This document shows positions 37,750 through 50,895 of a stretch of DNA of 64,000 bases, piece after piece. Numbering within the stretch: the first letter of the stretch is position 1; every line of letters begins with the position of its first letter. The position numbers and the translations under genes are program-made. The DNA is taken from assembly GCF_001194135.2 (NCBI RefSeq), contig NC_068987.1, positions 49,038,637-49,102,636 of the forward strand, written 5' to 3'. The notes below the pieces were generated by a model, which was not told the origin of the DNA, did no database searches, and worked only from the letters and a program-made list of their open reading frames with translations. This stretch comes from Octopus bimaculoides. Taxonomy: Eukaryota.

Positions 37750-38003
37750 TTCTCGAGCGAGGTGAGCGTGGCCGTTGCCAGTACCGCCTGACTGGCCTTC
37801 GTGTGGGTGACACGTAAAAGCACCCACTACACTCTCTGAGTGGTTGGCGTTAGGAAGGGCATCCAGCTGTAGAAACACTGCCAAATCAGATTGGAGCCTG
37901 GTGTAGCCATCTGGTTTCACCAGTCCTCAGTCAAATCGTCCAACCCATGCTAGCATGGAAAGCGGACGTTAAACGACGACGACGACGATGACGACGATGA
38001 CGA
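37750..38003 (+). mobile_element. RTE LINE 3' terminus with (GAC/GAT)n tail
   Basis: GAGTGGTTGGCGTTAGGAAGGGCATCCAGCTGTAG...GCGGACGTTAAACGACGAC. Confidence 0.9.
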
Positions 38004-38005
38004 CG

Positions 38006-38738
38006 CAGGTGAGTCAAAAAGGAATGCCATTTTCTTTATTTCATGTGAAGTTTTTGATAAAAATAACTGAAAAATTTCCCAGTTATAAATGATTGTATCA
38101 TTTATGTTCTGAAATATTTTGTTTCTTACTTTTCAGGTTTTTAGACTGGTAAGAAAAATTNNNNNNNNNNNNNNNNNNNNNNNNNNNNNNNNNNNNNNNN
38201 NNNNNNNNNNNNNNNNNNNNNNNNNNNNNNNNNNNNNNNNNNNNNNNNNNNNNNNNNNNNNNNNNNNNNNNNNNNNNNNNNNNNNNNNNNNNNNNNNNNN
38301 NNNNNNNNNNNNNNNNNNNNNNNNNNNNNNNNNNNNNNNNNNNNNNNNNNNNNNNNNNNGAAACCCCTGTGAACATTCACCGATGATTACAAAATGTCTT
38401 TGAAGACAACACTTTAGATTCTAGCAATATATGCAGGCAGGTCCATCGTCTTAAAGATGAAAAGGTGGGAACTGTGAGTGTAGCTGATAAACCTCGTTCT
38501 GACCATCTGTCCACTTCTGTGGATCCTGCCAATAAAGAAAAAGCAGATGCTCTGATCAAAGAAGACAGGCGCATAACTCTTGATGAGTTGGCAGAAAACC
38601 TTGAAGTGAGCCATGGAAGTGCTTACAACATTTCCGAATCACTTGGCTTTTCAAAAGTGTGTACCCGTTGGGTACCAAGAGAGCTGACAACCAAATGCAA
38701 GACTGACAGTGTCAATGCCTCACTGAAATTCTCGAACA

Positions 38739-38740
<2 letters not shown>
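38006..38740 (+). mobile_element. Mariner 5' part (transposase N-terminus), spanning a gap
   Basis: DKPRSDHLS...LIKEDRRITLDELA...LGFSKVCTRWVPREL (mariner WVPxEL motif). Confidence 0.85.
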
Positions 38741-38759
<19 letters not shown>

Positions 38760-38770
<11 letters not shown>

Positions 38771-41400
38771 CAAACACCATGTCTCCATCCCATACAGCAT
38801 TGCAGCTCTCACACAACTCCTATATACCTTTCCTTTCGTCATCAATGAGAACCTTTTTCCATATAATAATGCTCTACATTCCCTGAACTTCACTCAGCCA
38901 AGTCTCACTCTTTCTGCCACAGCTGCTTCACATCCAATACTTACATCCACCCTATCTCCCAAATAACAAAACCCCCTCACTGTCTCCATCTCATCACATA
39001 GTGTTTCCACTGACTTCACCAGCCCTCCAGTTCCTTTCTCACATCTTCCACAAACAAACTCTCTTACCAGTCTTGAGGTTACCTTCTTCATTTTCGTACA
39101 TCTACCATGAATCCATTTCTCACCTCTTGTACACAACACCACATTTGCCATTACCCTCCTCCTGCATACACCACCTTACTCACTAACACTTCTCCTTGCA
39201 CCCCCCTCACAATCACCTTTGTCTTCCTGAGGTTTACCTTCAAACCCTTGCTTTCAAACGCCTCCTTCCATTTCCAAAACTTCTCCCTCAATTCTTCCAT
39301 TGTCTCACTCATCAGAACAAGGTCATCCGCATACAGCTTCTCCATTATAAATCCCTCTATTGCACTTTCTGTCACCACATCAACCACTATTGCAAACAAC
39401 AATGGTGACAACACAGATCCCTGATGCACACCAACTTTCACTGCAAACTCCTCCAACAGCTCTGATCCAATTCTCACTCTTGTCTTTAACCCCTCTTAAC
39501 CATCGCTGCTCTCATTATTACCTCTAGTACATCTCTCTTCCTCAATGCCCACTCAATCACCTTCCTTGAAACCCTATCAAATGCCTTCTCCAGATCAATG
39601 AAGCACATGTACAACTCCTTCCCCTTATCTTGGTTTTCTTCTTTACAATGAACACTGCATCTATTGTCCCCCTTCCTGGCATAAAACCAAATTGCATCTC
39701 ATCCACGTCCACCCTTTTCTGAATTCTATTCTCCAGCATCCTTTCCATTACCTTCATTGCATGCTCCAGTAACTTCACTCCTCTAAATTCCCCACAACTC
39801 ATCGCACCCTCCTTCCCTTTGAAGATCAGTACCACCACACTTAGTGCCCAATCATCTGGCATTCCTCTGCCATCCAGCATGCCCTGGCAGTGCTCCATCA
39901 TCACAACAATCCCTATCTCTCCACTTGCAGTTATCATTTCCACACTTACTTCTGAAGGACCAGCTGCCTTTCCTGTTTACATTTCTTTCATTGCCTACAC
40001 TACTTCTTCCTGACTAACCATCTCCACTGGCCCCTTTACCACAGCAACTTCCAGCCTCTGATTCCATTCATTCTCCTCATTCATAATTCCCTCCATATAC
40101 TCCTTCCAGACTCTTCCCCTGTCTTTCTCACTAAAATTCAACCTTCCATCACTCCCCCCCCCATGCATCTTTCTCCCTCAACATCTCTTCCATCGTTTTT
40201 CATTAATTTAATAAACCTAAACACTCTATCTGGGTTCTCATCCAACCCGTTCAACCTCTCCTCAGCCTCCTTCCTCATAGATCTCACAACCACCCTCTCT
40301 GCACAATTCTTCATGTTATAACACCAGGCTTTTATTTGCTCAGTCCTATTATTGCATAAAGCTTTGTGCGCTTCCTTCTTCCTTGCTATCGTATCCCTCA
40401 CCTCCTCATTCCACCACCACATATTTCCTCGATCTCTCCTACCCTTTGTCCTTCTACACACTTGTCACATGCCTTTAGTACCCCTTCTTTAAAAGACTTC
40501 CACAAATCCAGTGCATCAATGCTTACCAACTCCCCAACTCTCTCCTCAAACCTTGCTCTTGTTTCTTCTTCCTTCAGTTTCCACACTTTTCTCCACTCAA
40601 CCGTTCCCTTTTTAACTTCCTTCTTCTCCAAGTCAGCAACCACCAACCTGTGCTGCAACTCCCCTGGTATTGTCTTCACATCTCTCAGATATTTTCTGTT
40701 TTTCCTGCCAACCAACACAAAATCAATCTGTCTCATTCCCTCCTGCACAGAAAGTCACCTTTGTTTTTTCTGTTTTCCTAAACCATGTATTTGCCACACA
40801 CAACTCTTTCTCATTACAAAACTCTAACAGCATCTTTCCTTCCAAATTTCTCTCCCCAATTCCATTTCCCCCATGCACAGCCTCAAAGCCCTAGATCCAT
40901 TTCCCAACATATCCATTAAAATCAACCATGCCCAAAACCAATTCATCTAACTTTTGTTACTCCCACTCATTCACCATTTCATCAAAGAACTGCTCTTTCT
41001 CAGCGATCACTCTTCCACTTTGCAGACCATTCCCACAAATCACCCTCTCCACTTCTTCCTCAAATGTTAACACTACTGTCATCACTCTGTCACTCTTTAT
41101 CCTGACCTCCACCACCATCCCACAGATTTCTTTCTTTGCCAAAACTCCCACACTTCCAGTCCCCCCTGCTATTTGCTGACCACCACAACTTATACCTTCT
41201 TCCCTAAACCATCACAAATCTTGCGCTCTGGCCCCTCCACCTAACCTCCCGCACACAGCACATGTCTACCCTCCTCATCCTCAATTCCTCACACACCTCA
41301 GTTCCTCTTTCATACAGACTGCCCACATTCCAACTTCCCAACCTCACTCCAAGCTTCTCCTATGGCCGTCAGATAATGACGCAGCCATAATAACAATGTA
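38760..41400 (-). mobile_element. Older RTE LINE, near-complete decayed ORF2 (APE endonuclease plus RT)
   Basis: RLGSWNVGSL...VRWRG; IDFVLV...ELQHRLVVAD; QFGFMPGRGTIDAVF; GVHQGSVLSPLLF; LYADDLVL; GLKVNLRKTKV; Cys-rich insert; GFCYLGD. Confidence 0.92.
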
Positions 41401-41617
41401 ATGATCCAACAATCTCTTCATGAACTAACAATCAATATTCCAAATGAACTAACCAACCACACCTTCCAATTTCACTGCAAACTTAACTTGTACTAAAACA
41501 CAAACTTTACTCTGACTTTTTCTCCAATGCAAGGCACATACAATAGTCCATCACAATGATAAAAAGGTAGGGAGCCAATGTATCTCCCTGAATCACTCCA
41601 GCCAATATCTCAAAGAG

Positions 41618-43750
41618 TTTTATTTAAATATAATAATAATAATAAAATAAAGTATATAAAAAATATTAAAATATGAAATATATAAATAAAAATAAGTAAA
41701 AGTAAATAATGAATGTTAATAAAAATAAAGACAATGAAAATATTCAAAGATAAGTTATATAGACAAAAATAAAATATTAAAATAATAATAAAAGGTAATT
41801 AAATAAGGCACTTTTAGCAAATATAAGTGTCTTATTTAGTACTATTGGGTTAATAGAAAAGTAATGATTATCAATATCTTATATTCGCTAAAAAAATGCA
41901 AACCTAAATATGAAAGGAATTAATATTATTTTAACAGCTAGAAAATCAGTTATTAAGTTTGATAACAATACTGGATTAGAAAGGATATGAATAATTCTTT
42001 TGACATAACGATGGGATCTGCTGATTCCACACAAACAACAGACCTTGTAGGCATATACATTTTATATAACTTAAATAATGGATTTCCTGAAATTGCAGGT
42101 GGATTATATAGGAATGATGCACTTTTTGTAATTAAAAACCCATTAAATAGGAAATTAGAACTATATAAGAAAAAATTCTATAAATTCTTTGAAAACAATG
42201 GTCTATCAATCTCTATTGAAAAATAAAATAATGCTGTAAAGTTTTTAGGCATTAATTTTAATCCTGCAACTGGTAAGCACCAATCATATAAACCAAATAT
42301 GAACTTAAGGTATGTTAATCATCGAAGTAACCATCCAAAATCAATAAAAAAATATTGAAAAAAGACTATCTTACTTTTCATATAATGAAGAATTTTTTTA
42401 TAAAAATGTTGATTACTATAATATTCCACTTGAAAAAGCAAAGCAGGGTATATGCATAGGATAAAATATTATAGGCTTAATAAATACATACTAAACAAAA
42501 ATAGAGAGGAAAAAAGGGAAAGTAAAACAAATATAATGGATAACATATGGACTAAAACTGTAGATAAAAATGAAATAAATAAAAATAATAAGAATATAAA
42601 AATAAACAATGATTATTTAAACCCTATGATATACAAACAACAATTTAAAAATAATAATAATAATATTGTAAAAATAAATACTAAATCTAATTGTAAATTC
42701 ATGGAACTAATACTAAATATAGTAATAAATTGATAAGATAATGAATATCTATGATAATACTTATAATCGTAAAAATATAAATATAAATAAAAGATATACC
42801 CCTTACATAAATTCTGATAAAATTAATATAGATTATAATTGTCCAGATAAAGCCAATATTACATGACTGATCATCCCCTTTGCAAATCAAATCAAAAGTA
42901 ATATAATAAAATCTCTTTATCGATTAATTCATAAACATTTAAATAAGGATAATAGATATAGTGAAATAATTAATTGTAAGACTATAAGAATTGGTTACTG
43001 CTTATTGCAGATTCTTTTTAGAATTATATCTTCAATCAATAATAAAAAAATTAGATTATTTCTATAACAATCGAAATATTGATAAAAATGATGAAAACAT
43101 ATTTTGTTATACTAAAATGGAAATAGTCCATATTGATTCCCTTTTTAACCAAAATAATAGTAAAATTAAAAATGAAAAAATGGAAATTATAAAGGTAAGA
43201 ACTATATAAGTAATGATGTAAATAATAATTGTGATTGTAGCATTAAGGATGAATGTAAATTTAATAATAATTGTAAACATCATAATCTAGTATATAAGTG
43301 TATAGTTGAATCAGAGGGTTATAAATTCTATTATATCGGATAAACCGAAAATCCAATAAAAAGGGGAATTGCTAACTAAGGATATTGCTTTAGAAACATT
43401 TTTACTTTATTTTACCTTTTTTTACTTGTATTTTTATTTATATTTATCATTTTGAATTTTATTTTTTATTTTTTATCTTGCCCACATATATCTTTATTTT
43501 TATTTTATATTATTTTCATTTTATTTAACTTATTTTAGTATTTATTTTTATTTATCTTTATTATATTATTGCCTTTTGTTATTATTTTATTATTTATATT
43601 TTGTCTGTATATATTATCTTTTTCTGAATATTTTTATAATCATTATTTTTATTAATATTCATTATTTACTTTTACTTATTTTTATTTATTTATTTTTATT
43701 TATATTTTGATATTTTTATATATTTTATTTTATTATATTTAAATAAAATT
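41618..43750 (+). mobile_element. Penelope-like element remnant (RT, linker, GIY-YIG) bracketed by ~190-bp AT-rich inverted repeats
   Basis: SFDITMGSADS...LVGIYIL...GLYRNDAL; NHPKSIKK; CDC..C...C..LVYKC...YYIG. 41618-41810 is the inverted counterpart of ~43566-43748. Confidence 0.88.
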
Positions 43751-43752
43751 AT

Positions 43753-43827
<75 letters not shown>

Positions 43828-44313
43828 TAACTATACATACTTTCATCTACTTAGTCTGTTGCTATTTTAATGTCCTTTCGCTCTGATGATATTTTGCTCT
43901 AAGTCTTCAAAATGCAAACTTATTTTATTCTATATGTTTGTAATTTGTACTGGGAGTAAATTGAAACAATTGTAGACAATATTAATAAATAAATGAATAA
44001 ATAAATAAATTTATATCCATTAAATCTCTCCATTTTCTTACTTAATATTCTTTTATTCTTTTACTTGTTTCAATCATGCAGCTGCACATATATATTATAC
44101 ATACATACATGCATACATACACACCTGCACACACACACACACATGTATGTAAATATTCATCATCATCATCATCCTTCTCCTCCTCATCATCATTTAATGT
44201 CCATTCTCCATGCTAGCATGAGTTGGGTGGTTTGATAGGAACTGGCCAGCTGAAGAGCTGCCTGGGTTCCAAGTCTGTTTTGGTATGGTTTCTATAGCTG
44301 GATGTATTATAAA

Positions 44314-45246
44314 CAAGGTGCATTCAAAAAGTATTTGATTTATTTTTTCCAGTCAAAATTAATGTTGTGTAGGCCAAATCCTTTGAGTAGGAGCTGATGC
44401 CAACTTTCCAATTCTTGTGTGAGAGTTTCCACACTGGTAGATCACATCAGTTCTTGGTTGTTGTGCCTAGTGTACAGGTGTGTAGTGTGCACTCATCAGA
44501 TTTTTGCTTTCACCGAATACATTGAGCAGAGACAAAGCAACAAGTTTTGTCAAGAGCTTGATGATACTCAAGCTCAAACTGTCCAGAAGATTAAGCAGGC
44601 CTTTAGCGATGATGCCATTGGTGAAACTCAGATCGATGATTGGTATAATTGCTTCAAATATGGCTGCATCTCAGTGGGGAGCAAGGCATCCACAAGTGGA
44701 GACAAGGGGCTGATTGAGTAGGTTCAGCAAATAGTCATGGAAGACTGTTGTGTAATAATCCAGCATATTGTCACAAATGGGAATAAGCACAGGATCAGTG
44801 CATGCCATTTTAACAAAGGATTTGAAGAGTGCCTGTGAGGATTTGAAGAGGATTTGAAGAGTGCATGTGAATAGTTCCTGCGAAATTAGTCTCCAAGGTT
44901 TTGGCAGAGCAGCAGAAGTAATTCTGCGTTGAATTCACTCAGGACATGTTGGGCTGTGCCAACCATGACCAAGACTTTATGAAGACTATTATCACTGGTG
45001 ATGAATCATGGGTTTATGGTCTCTGCTTGATACGTTCAGTCATTTTGCATGAAGATGAAAACCTGATGAGTGCACACTATATATCTGTACTCTAATAATA
45101 ACTGAGAACAGATGCAGCCTACCAGCACAAAAATTTTCCTGCATCTACAGGAAGGGTGGCATAACCTCCGACCTAAAGAATTTTACCCAAATGTTATTCA
45201 TTTTGGAGGGAAGAAATAAAGTCAGCTACTTTTTGAACACACCTTG
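44314..45246 (+). mobile_element. Internally deleted mariner with long (~200-bp) imperfect TIRs
   Basis: Ends CAAGGTGCATTCAAAAAGTA / TACTTTTTGAACACACCTTG|TA; inverted similarity extends to GTGTGCACTCATCAG / CTGATGAGTGCACAC. Interior reads EQRQSNKFC...KQAFSDDA and IITGDESWVYG. Confidence 0.88.
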
Positions 45247-45854
45247 TATATATCTGTGTGTATATACACATATATATACATATATACACATACACACACA
45301 CACACGCACACATATATATATGTATGTATGTATGTATATATGTATTATATANNNNNNNNNNNNNNNNNNNNNNNNNNNNNNNNNNNNNNNNNNNNNNNNN
45401 NNNNNNNNNNNNNNNNNNNNNNNNNNNNNNNNNNNNNNNNNNNNNNNNNNNNNNNNNNNNNNNNNNNNNNNNNNNNNNNNNNNNNNNNNNNNNNNNNNNN
45501 NNNNNNNNNNNNNNNNNNNNNNNNNNNNNNNNNNNNNNNNNNNNNNNNNNNNNNNNNNNNNNNNNNNNNNNNNNNNNNNNNNNNNNNNNNNNNNNNNNNN
45601 NNNNNNNNNNNNNNNNNNNNNNNNNNNNNNNNNNNNNNNNNNNNNNNNNNNNNNNNNNNNNNNNNNNNNNNNNNNNNNNNNNNNNNNNNNNNNNNNNNNN
45701 NNNNNNNNNNNNNNNNNNNNNNNNNNNNNNNNNNNNNNNNNNNNNNNNNNNNNNNNNNNNNNNNNNNNNNNNNNNNNNNNNNNNNNNNNNNNNNNNNNNN
45801 NNNNNNNNNNNNNATATATATATGTATGTGTGTGTATATGTTTGTGTGTCTGTG

Positions 45855-46042
45855 TTTATCCCCCCACCATCGCTTGACAACCAATGCTGGTGTGTTTACG
45901 TCCCCGCAACTTAGCGGTTCGGCAAAAGAGATCGATAGAATAAGTACTAGGCTTACAAAGAATAAGTCCTGGGGTCCATTTGCTCGACTAAAGGCGGTGC
46001 TCCAGCATGGCCACAGTCACATGACTGAAACAAATAAAAGAG
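45855..46042 (+). mobile_element. SINE family D
   Basis: CCCCCACCATCGCTTGACAACC...TTAGCGGTTCGGCAAAAGAG...ATGACTGAAACAAATAAAAGAG. Confidence 0.8.
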
Positions 46043-46061
46043 TAAAAAAAAAAAAAGAGAG

Positions 46062-46467
46062 ATATTGGTTAATTGGGTATTTTCTTAGGGAAGAATTTCC
46101 CAAAAGGAAGTTACATTTCAAAGTCTTGGTTGACCTACGATGGACTCAGATGTTACCACTCTCTTCCTCACTCCCTCTCTACCCATCTTTCTCTCTCACT
46201 TGCTTTCAATCTTTCTCCCTCTCCCTATAACTTCTATTTCACCCTAACTACTACACCAACACCAATAAAAACTATCATGTATTACAAATGCACACACACA
46301 CAAATATTTGTTTATATGTATATATATGCAAATAACAGTTTATTTTAAAAATGCATACATTCAAAACTGTGCACATCTGAGACTGTTGTAGGTTAACCAA
46401 CGTGTTGAAATGTAACTCCCTTTTGGGAAAATTCTACCTTGATGAAATACCCAATTAATCAGTTTCA
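46062..46467. mobile_element. MITE with ~90-bp imperfect TIRs
   Basis: TTAATTGGGTAT...CCCAAAAGGAAGTTACATTTCAA...CAGATG (46069-46152) versus CATCTG...TTGAAATGTAACTCCCTTTTGGG...ATACCCAATTAA (46374-46458). Confidence 0.8.
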
Positions 46468-46703
46468 ATATGAAAATTTAAATTAAATTAATTTAATTTA
46501 ATTTCTGTAATTGAACTAATTGGATATGGAAACGGTTATAGGACAGGAATTTTATTATATGGATTTGAATATCATTGAATAAACTGATATTTGTATGCCA
46601 GTTTCTCTATTTTCTTCCTTCTCATTCATAAGTATTTTAAATACCTATATATATATCTATTTATATAATAACTAATATATTTAGTTTTTATATATCTAGT
46701 GAA

Positions 46704-48540
46704 ATCATCATCATCATCATCGTTTAACTTCCGCTTTCCATGCTGACATGGGTTGGACGGTTCAACTGGGGTCAAGAGGCTGCACTTGGCTCCAGTCTGA
46801 TCTGACAGTGTTTCTACAGCTGGATGCCCTTCCTAATGTCAACCACTCTGAGAATGTAGTGGGTGCTTTTTTACGTGCCACCGGTACAGGGGCCAGAGGG
46901 GGCTGGCAACAACCACGATTGGTTGATGCTTTTTACATGCCACCGGCATGGAAGCCAGTCAAGGTGGCGCTGGCATTGGCCACGTTCAGATGGTGCTTTT
47001 TACATGCCACCAGCATGGGGATCGCAACTACAATTTCCATTTGATTTTATTTTTGATGTACTTGACTCAATAGGTCTCCTCAAGCATGGCATGTTGCCCT
47101 ATGATCCAAGGTACTTTGAGTGGGCTGGTTATGTGACACTGGTGTAGGCTACAGCTGTGAATTCATTTTATTTGCCAGGTCTTCTCAGTCACAGCATCAC
47201 TCCAGAGGTCTTGGTCTTTTGTCATTGTCTCTGTGAAACCCAATGTTCGAAGGTCATGCTTGACCACCTCATCCCATGTCTTCCTGGGTCTACCTCTACC
47301 CCGGATTCCTTCAACTGTTTGGGAGTGGCACTTCTTCACATCCATCCATAGTACATGACCATACCAATGCAAAAATCTCTCTTGCATGCCACATCTGATG
47401 CTTCTTATCTCCAACATTTCTCTCAGCGCACTTACACTCTGTCATGTGTGCACACTGACATTACACATCCAGCAGATCATGCTAGCTTCATTTCTTTCAA
47501 GTCTACACATGTCTTCATCAGTCACAGCCCATGTTTCATTGCAGTGAAGCATGGCAGTTTGCACACATGCATCATACAATTTACCTTTCACTCTGAGCAA
47601 GAGGCCCTTTGTCACCAGTAGGGGTAGGAGCTCTCTGAACTTAACCCAGGCTATTCTTATTCTAGTGGTAACACTCTCTGAGCATCCACCCCCACTACAG
47701 ACTTGGTCACCAAGGTAGTGGAAGTTATCAACTACTTCTAGTTTCTCCTCCTGGCATGTGATGGAATCTGTTTTCTGAGCATCTGCTGCACACAAAAGCT
47801 ATCTTCCCGGCTAATCTTCCTTTGATGTTGCTGCACCTCTTATGTGTCCATAGCCTACACTGGGTGCATCTTATGGAGTTTCTTCCTATGGAGTTTTCTA
47901 CAGATTGAGCAGGGCTACCTACCTGAAGTGGTGTGTGATGTGTACACCTTCCTACTAATTAGAACTTTGGTCTTTGCAACATTGACTCTAAGACCCTTCG
48001 ATTCTAAACCTTGCTTCCACACCTGAAATTTCTTTTTTAGTTCTGGTAGTGATTCTGTTATGAGGGCCAGGTCATCAGCATAGAGGAGCTCCCAGGGGCA
48101 ATCTGAATTGAATTCCTCTGTCATTGCCTGGAGGACTATGATTTATAAGAGGGGGCTGAGGGCTGATCCTTGGTGGACCCCTACTTCTCCCCGGAATTCT
48201 TCACTATAATCATTGCCAACCCTAACCTTACTTACAGCATCTCTGTATAGGTCCTGTACAGCCCTTATTAACCATTTGTCAATCCCCAGTTTCTACATTG
48301 CCCACCAGATAAGGGATCGGGGGACTCTGTCAAAGGCTTTCTCCAAGTCCACAAAAGCCAAGTATAGGGGTTTATCTTTGGCGAGGTATTTCTTCTGCAG
48401 TTGCCGTACCAAGAATATAGCAGGCACAAAACCAAATTGCATCTCATCTAAGCAAACTCTCTCCCTAATTAGTTGAGCTATGACCCTCTTTGTGACCTTC
48501 ATCACCTGATCTAGCAGTTTGATACCCCTGTAGTTATTTC
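46704..48540 (-). mobile_element. RTE LINE 3' half (RT with PHD-like insert to 3' end)
   Basis: QFGFV...LAFVDLEKAFDRVP; LLYADDLAL; CSIC..CTQC..WTHKRC; FHYLGDQV; (GAT)n terminus. Confidence 0.92.
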
Positions 48541-48779
48541 TATTATAAAATATATAGTTAGTGAAAACTAATATATTTAGTTTTCACTGAACACTAGTAT
48601 AAACCAGGGAATTAGGATGCTAGCATCTCTTAAAAGATTATGGATCCTCGACACAATTATATATATANNNNNNNNNNNNNNNNNNNNNNNNNNNNNNNNN
48701 NNNNNNNNNNNNNNNNNNNNNNNNNNNNNNNNNNNNNNNNNNNNNNNNNNNNNNNNNNNNNNNNNNNNNNNATATATAT

Positions 48780-50462
48780 ATCGCAGGAGAAATACATAGC
48801 CAAAGATAAACCTCTGTACTTGGCTTTTGTTGACTTGGAGGAAACCTTTGACAGAGTCCCCCAGGTCCCTTACCTGCTGGTCAATGTAGAAACTAGGGAT
48901 AGATGAGTGGTTGGTGAGAGATGTACAAGCCATGTTAAGGGAAGCTATCGGTAAGGTGAGGGTTGGCAATGAGTACAGTGAAGAATTCAGGCTACAAGTA
49001 GGGGTTCACCAAGGATTAGCCCCCTCTTGTTCATCATAGTCTTCCAGGCAATAACAGAGGACTTTAAGACAGGTTGCTCCTGGGAGACCCTCTATGCTAA
49101 TGACCTTGTTCTTATAGCTTAATCGCTACCAGAACTAGAGAAGAAGTTTCAGGTATGGATGCAAGGTCTAGAATCAAAGGGCCTTAGAATTAACTTAGCA
49201 AAAAACAAAAATCTTAGTAAGTGGGAAGACAGACAAAGCACAAATGCCTTCAGGTTGATGGCCCTGCTTGAACTGTAGAAAATGTGTAGGTAAAAGCTCC
49301 ATAAGATGTACTCAGAGTAATCTATGGACACATAAGAGGTGCATCAATATCAGAGGAAGGTTAATAGGGAAAATAGATTTTGCGTGTGGAAGATGCACAG
49401 GTACAATAAACACCAAAAACATACAGAAAATAGACTGCATCAATTGTCAGTGGGGTAAGCTTGACATAGTAGATAGCTTCCGTTATCTAAGTGACCAAGT
49501 TAGTTGTGGAGGTGGATGCTTTGGGTAAAGTTCAGAGAGCTCCTACCTCTGCTGGCAACAAAGGGCCTCTCCCTCAGAATGAAAGGCAGATTGTATGATG
49601 CCTGTGTGTGAACAGCTATGCTACATGGCAGTGAAACATAGCCTGCGACAGCCGAGAACATGCGTAGGCTTGAAAGAAATGAAGCCAGTATACTTCGCTG
49701 GATGTGCAATGTGAGCGTGCATGTTTGACAGAGATTAAGCATCTTGAGAGAAAAGTTAGGCATAAGAGGTATCAGATGTGGTGTGCAAGAGAGATGACTG
49801 CACTGGTATGGTCATGTGATGCCTATGGATGAGGATAGCTGTGTGAAAAAGTGCCACACCCTAACAGTTGAGGGAACCCGTGGAAGAGGTAGGCCCAGGA
49901 AGACCTGGGCTGAGGTGGTGAAGCATGATCTTCAAACTTTGGGCCTCACAGAGGCAATGGCTAGTGACCGAGATATTTATTGATATGCTGTGCTTGAGAA
50001 GACCTGTCGAGCCAAGTGAAATCAGTTGTGACATATGCTGGTGTTATATATCTGGCAACTATGTTGGTGGCATGTAAAAAACACCTTTCAAGTGTTGGGC
50101 CCCACAGTGGCAAAGTGGCCGATGCAGGTGGAATGTAAAAAGCACCTTTGAAATGTTGGGCCTCATGGAAGCAATGACAATGACCAAGGCCTTTGGTATT
50201 ATGTCGTGCTTGAGAAGAAGACCCATCAAGCCAAGTAAAATCGCAGTTGTGGCAGATACTGGTGTCATGCAAATGGCACCCATGCTGGTGGAATGTAAAA
50301 TCATCCATTACACTATTGGAGTGGTTGGTATTAGGAAGGGCAGCCAGCCATAGAAATCATGCCAAATCAGACTGGAGTCTGTTGCAGCCATCCAGCTTAC
50401 CAGCTTTGGTCAACGTATCCAATCCATGCCTGCATGGACAATGGATGTTAAATGCTGATGAT
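48780..50462 (+). mobile_element. RTE LINE 3' half (RT with PHD-like insert to 3' end)
   Basis: QEKYIAKDKPLYLAFVDLE; CTQS.LWTHKRC...CGRC; FRYLSDQV; 3' terminus ending GTTAAATGCTGATGATG. Confidence 0.92.
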
Positions 50463-50674
50463 GGTGTGTGTGTGTGTGTGTGTGTGTGTGTGCATGCATG
50501 TGTGTATGTATATATATGTATATATGTATATATAATGTTCTACTTGTTGAGCACACTTGAATCCTGACGTACTGTTTCCCACAGTGATAGTTGATGCACA
50601 AGTTTATCTTTTCTTCATCGACAATGTCCTGCAAAGTTAAGTTTGTGTTGTTTAATATTTTCTCTTAACAAGAT

Positions 50675-50895
50675 CTTTCTAATTTTGGCACAAGGCTTGT
50701 AGTTTTACTTGGAGGGGGAAGTCAGTTACATGGACCCCTGTGTTCAGCTGGTATTCATTTTATCAACCCTGAAAGGATGAAAGGTAAATTTGACTTCAGT
50801 GGAATCTGAACTCAGAATGTAAATCCAGAAGAAATACCCCTAAACATTTTGTCCTGCTTACTAACAGCACTACAAGTACATCACCTTATTTTCGC
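50675..50895 (-). mobile_element. SINE family B
   Basis: AATTTTGGCACAAGG...TTTATCAACCCTGAAAGGATGAAAGG...GAACTCAGAATGTAA is the reverse complement of family B. Confidence 0.78.

Noticed and set aside
45060-45085. CTGATGAG hammerhead-like core
   Set aside because: It is explained as part of the mariner long inverted repeat, and the rest of the ribozyme is missing.
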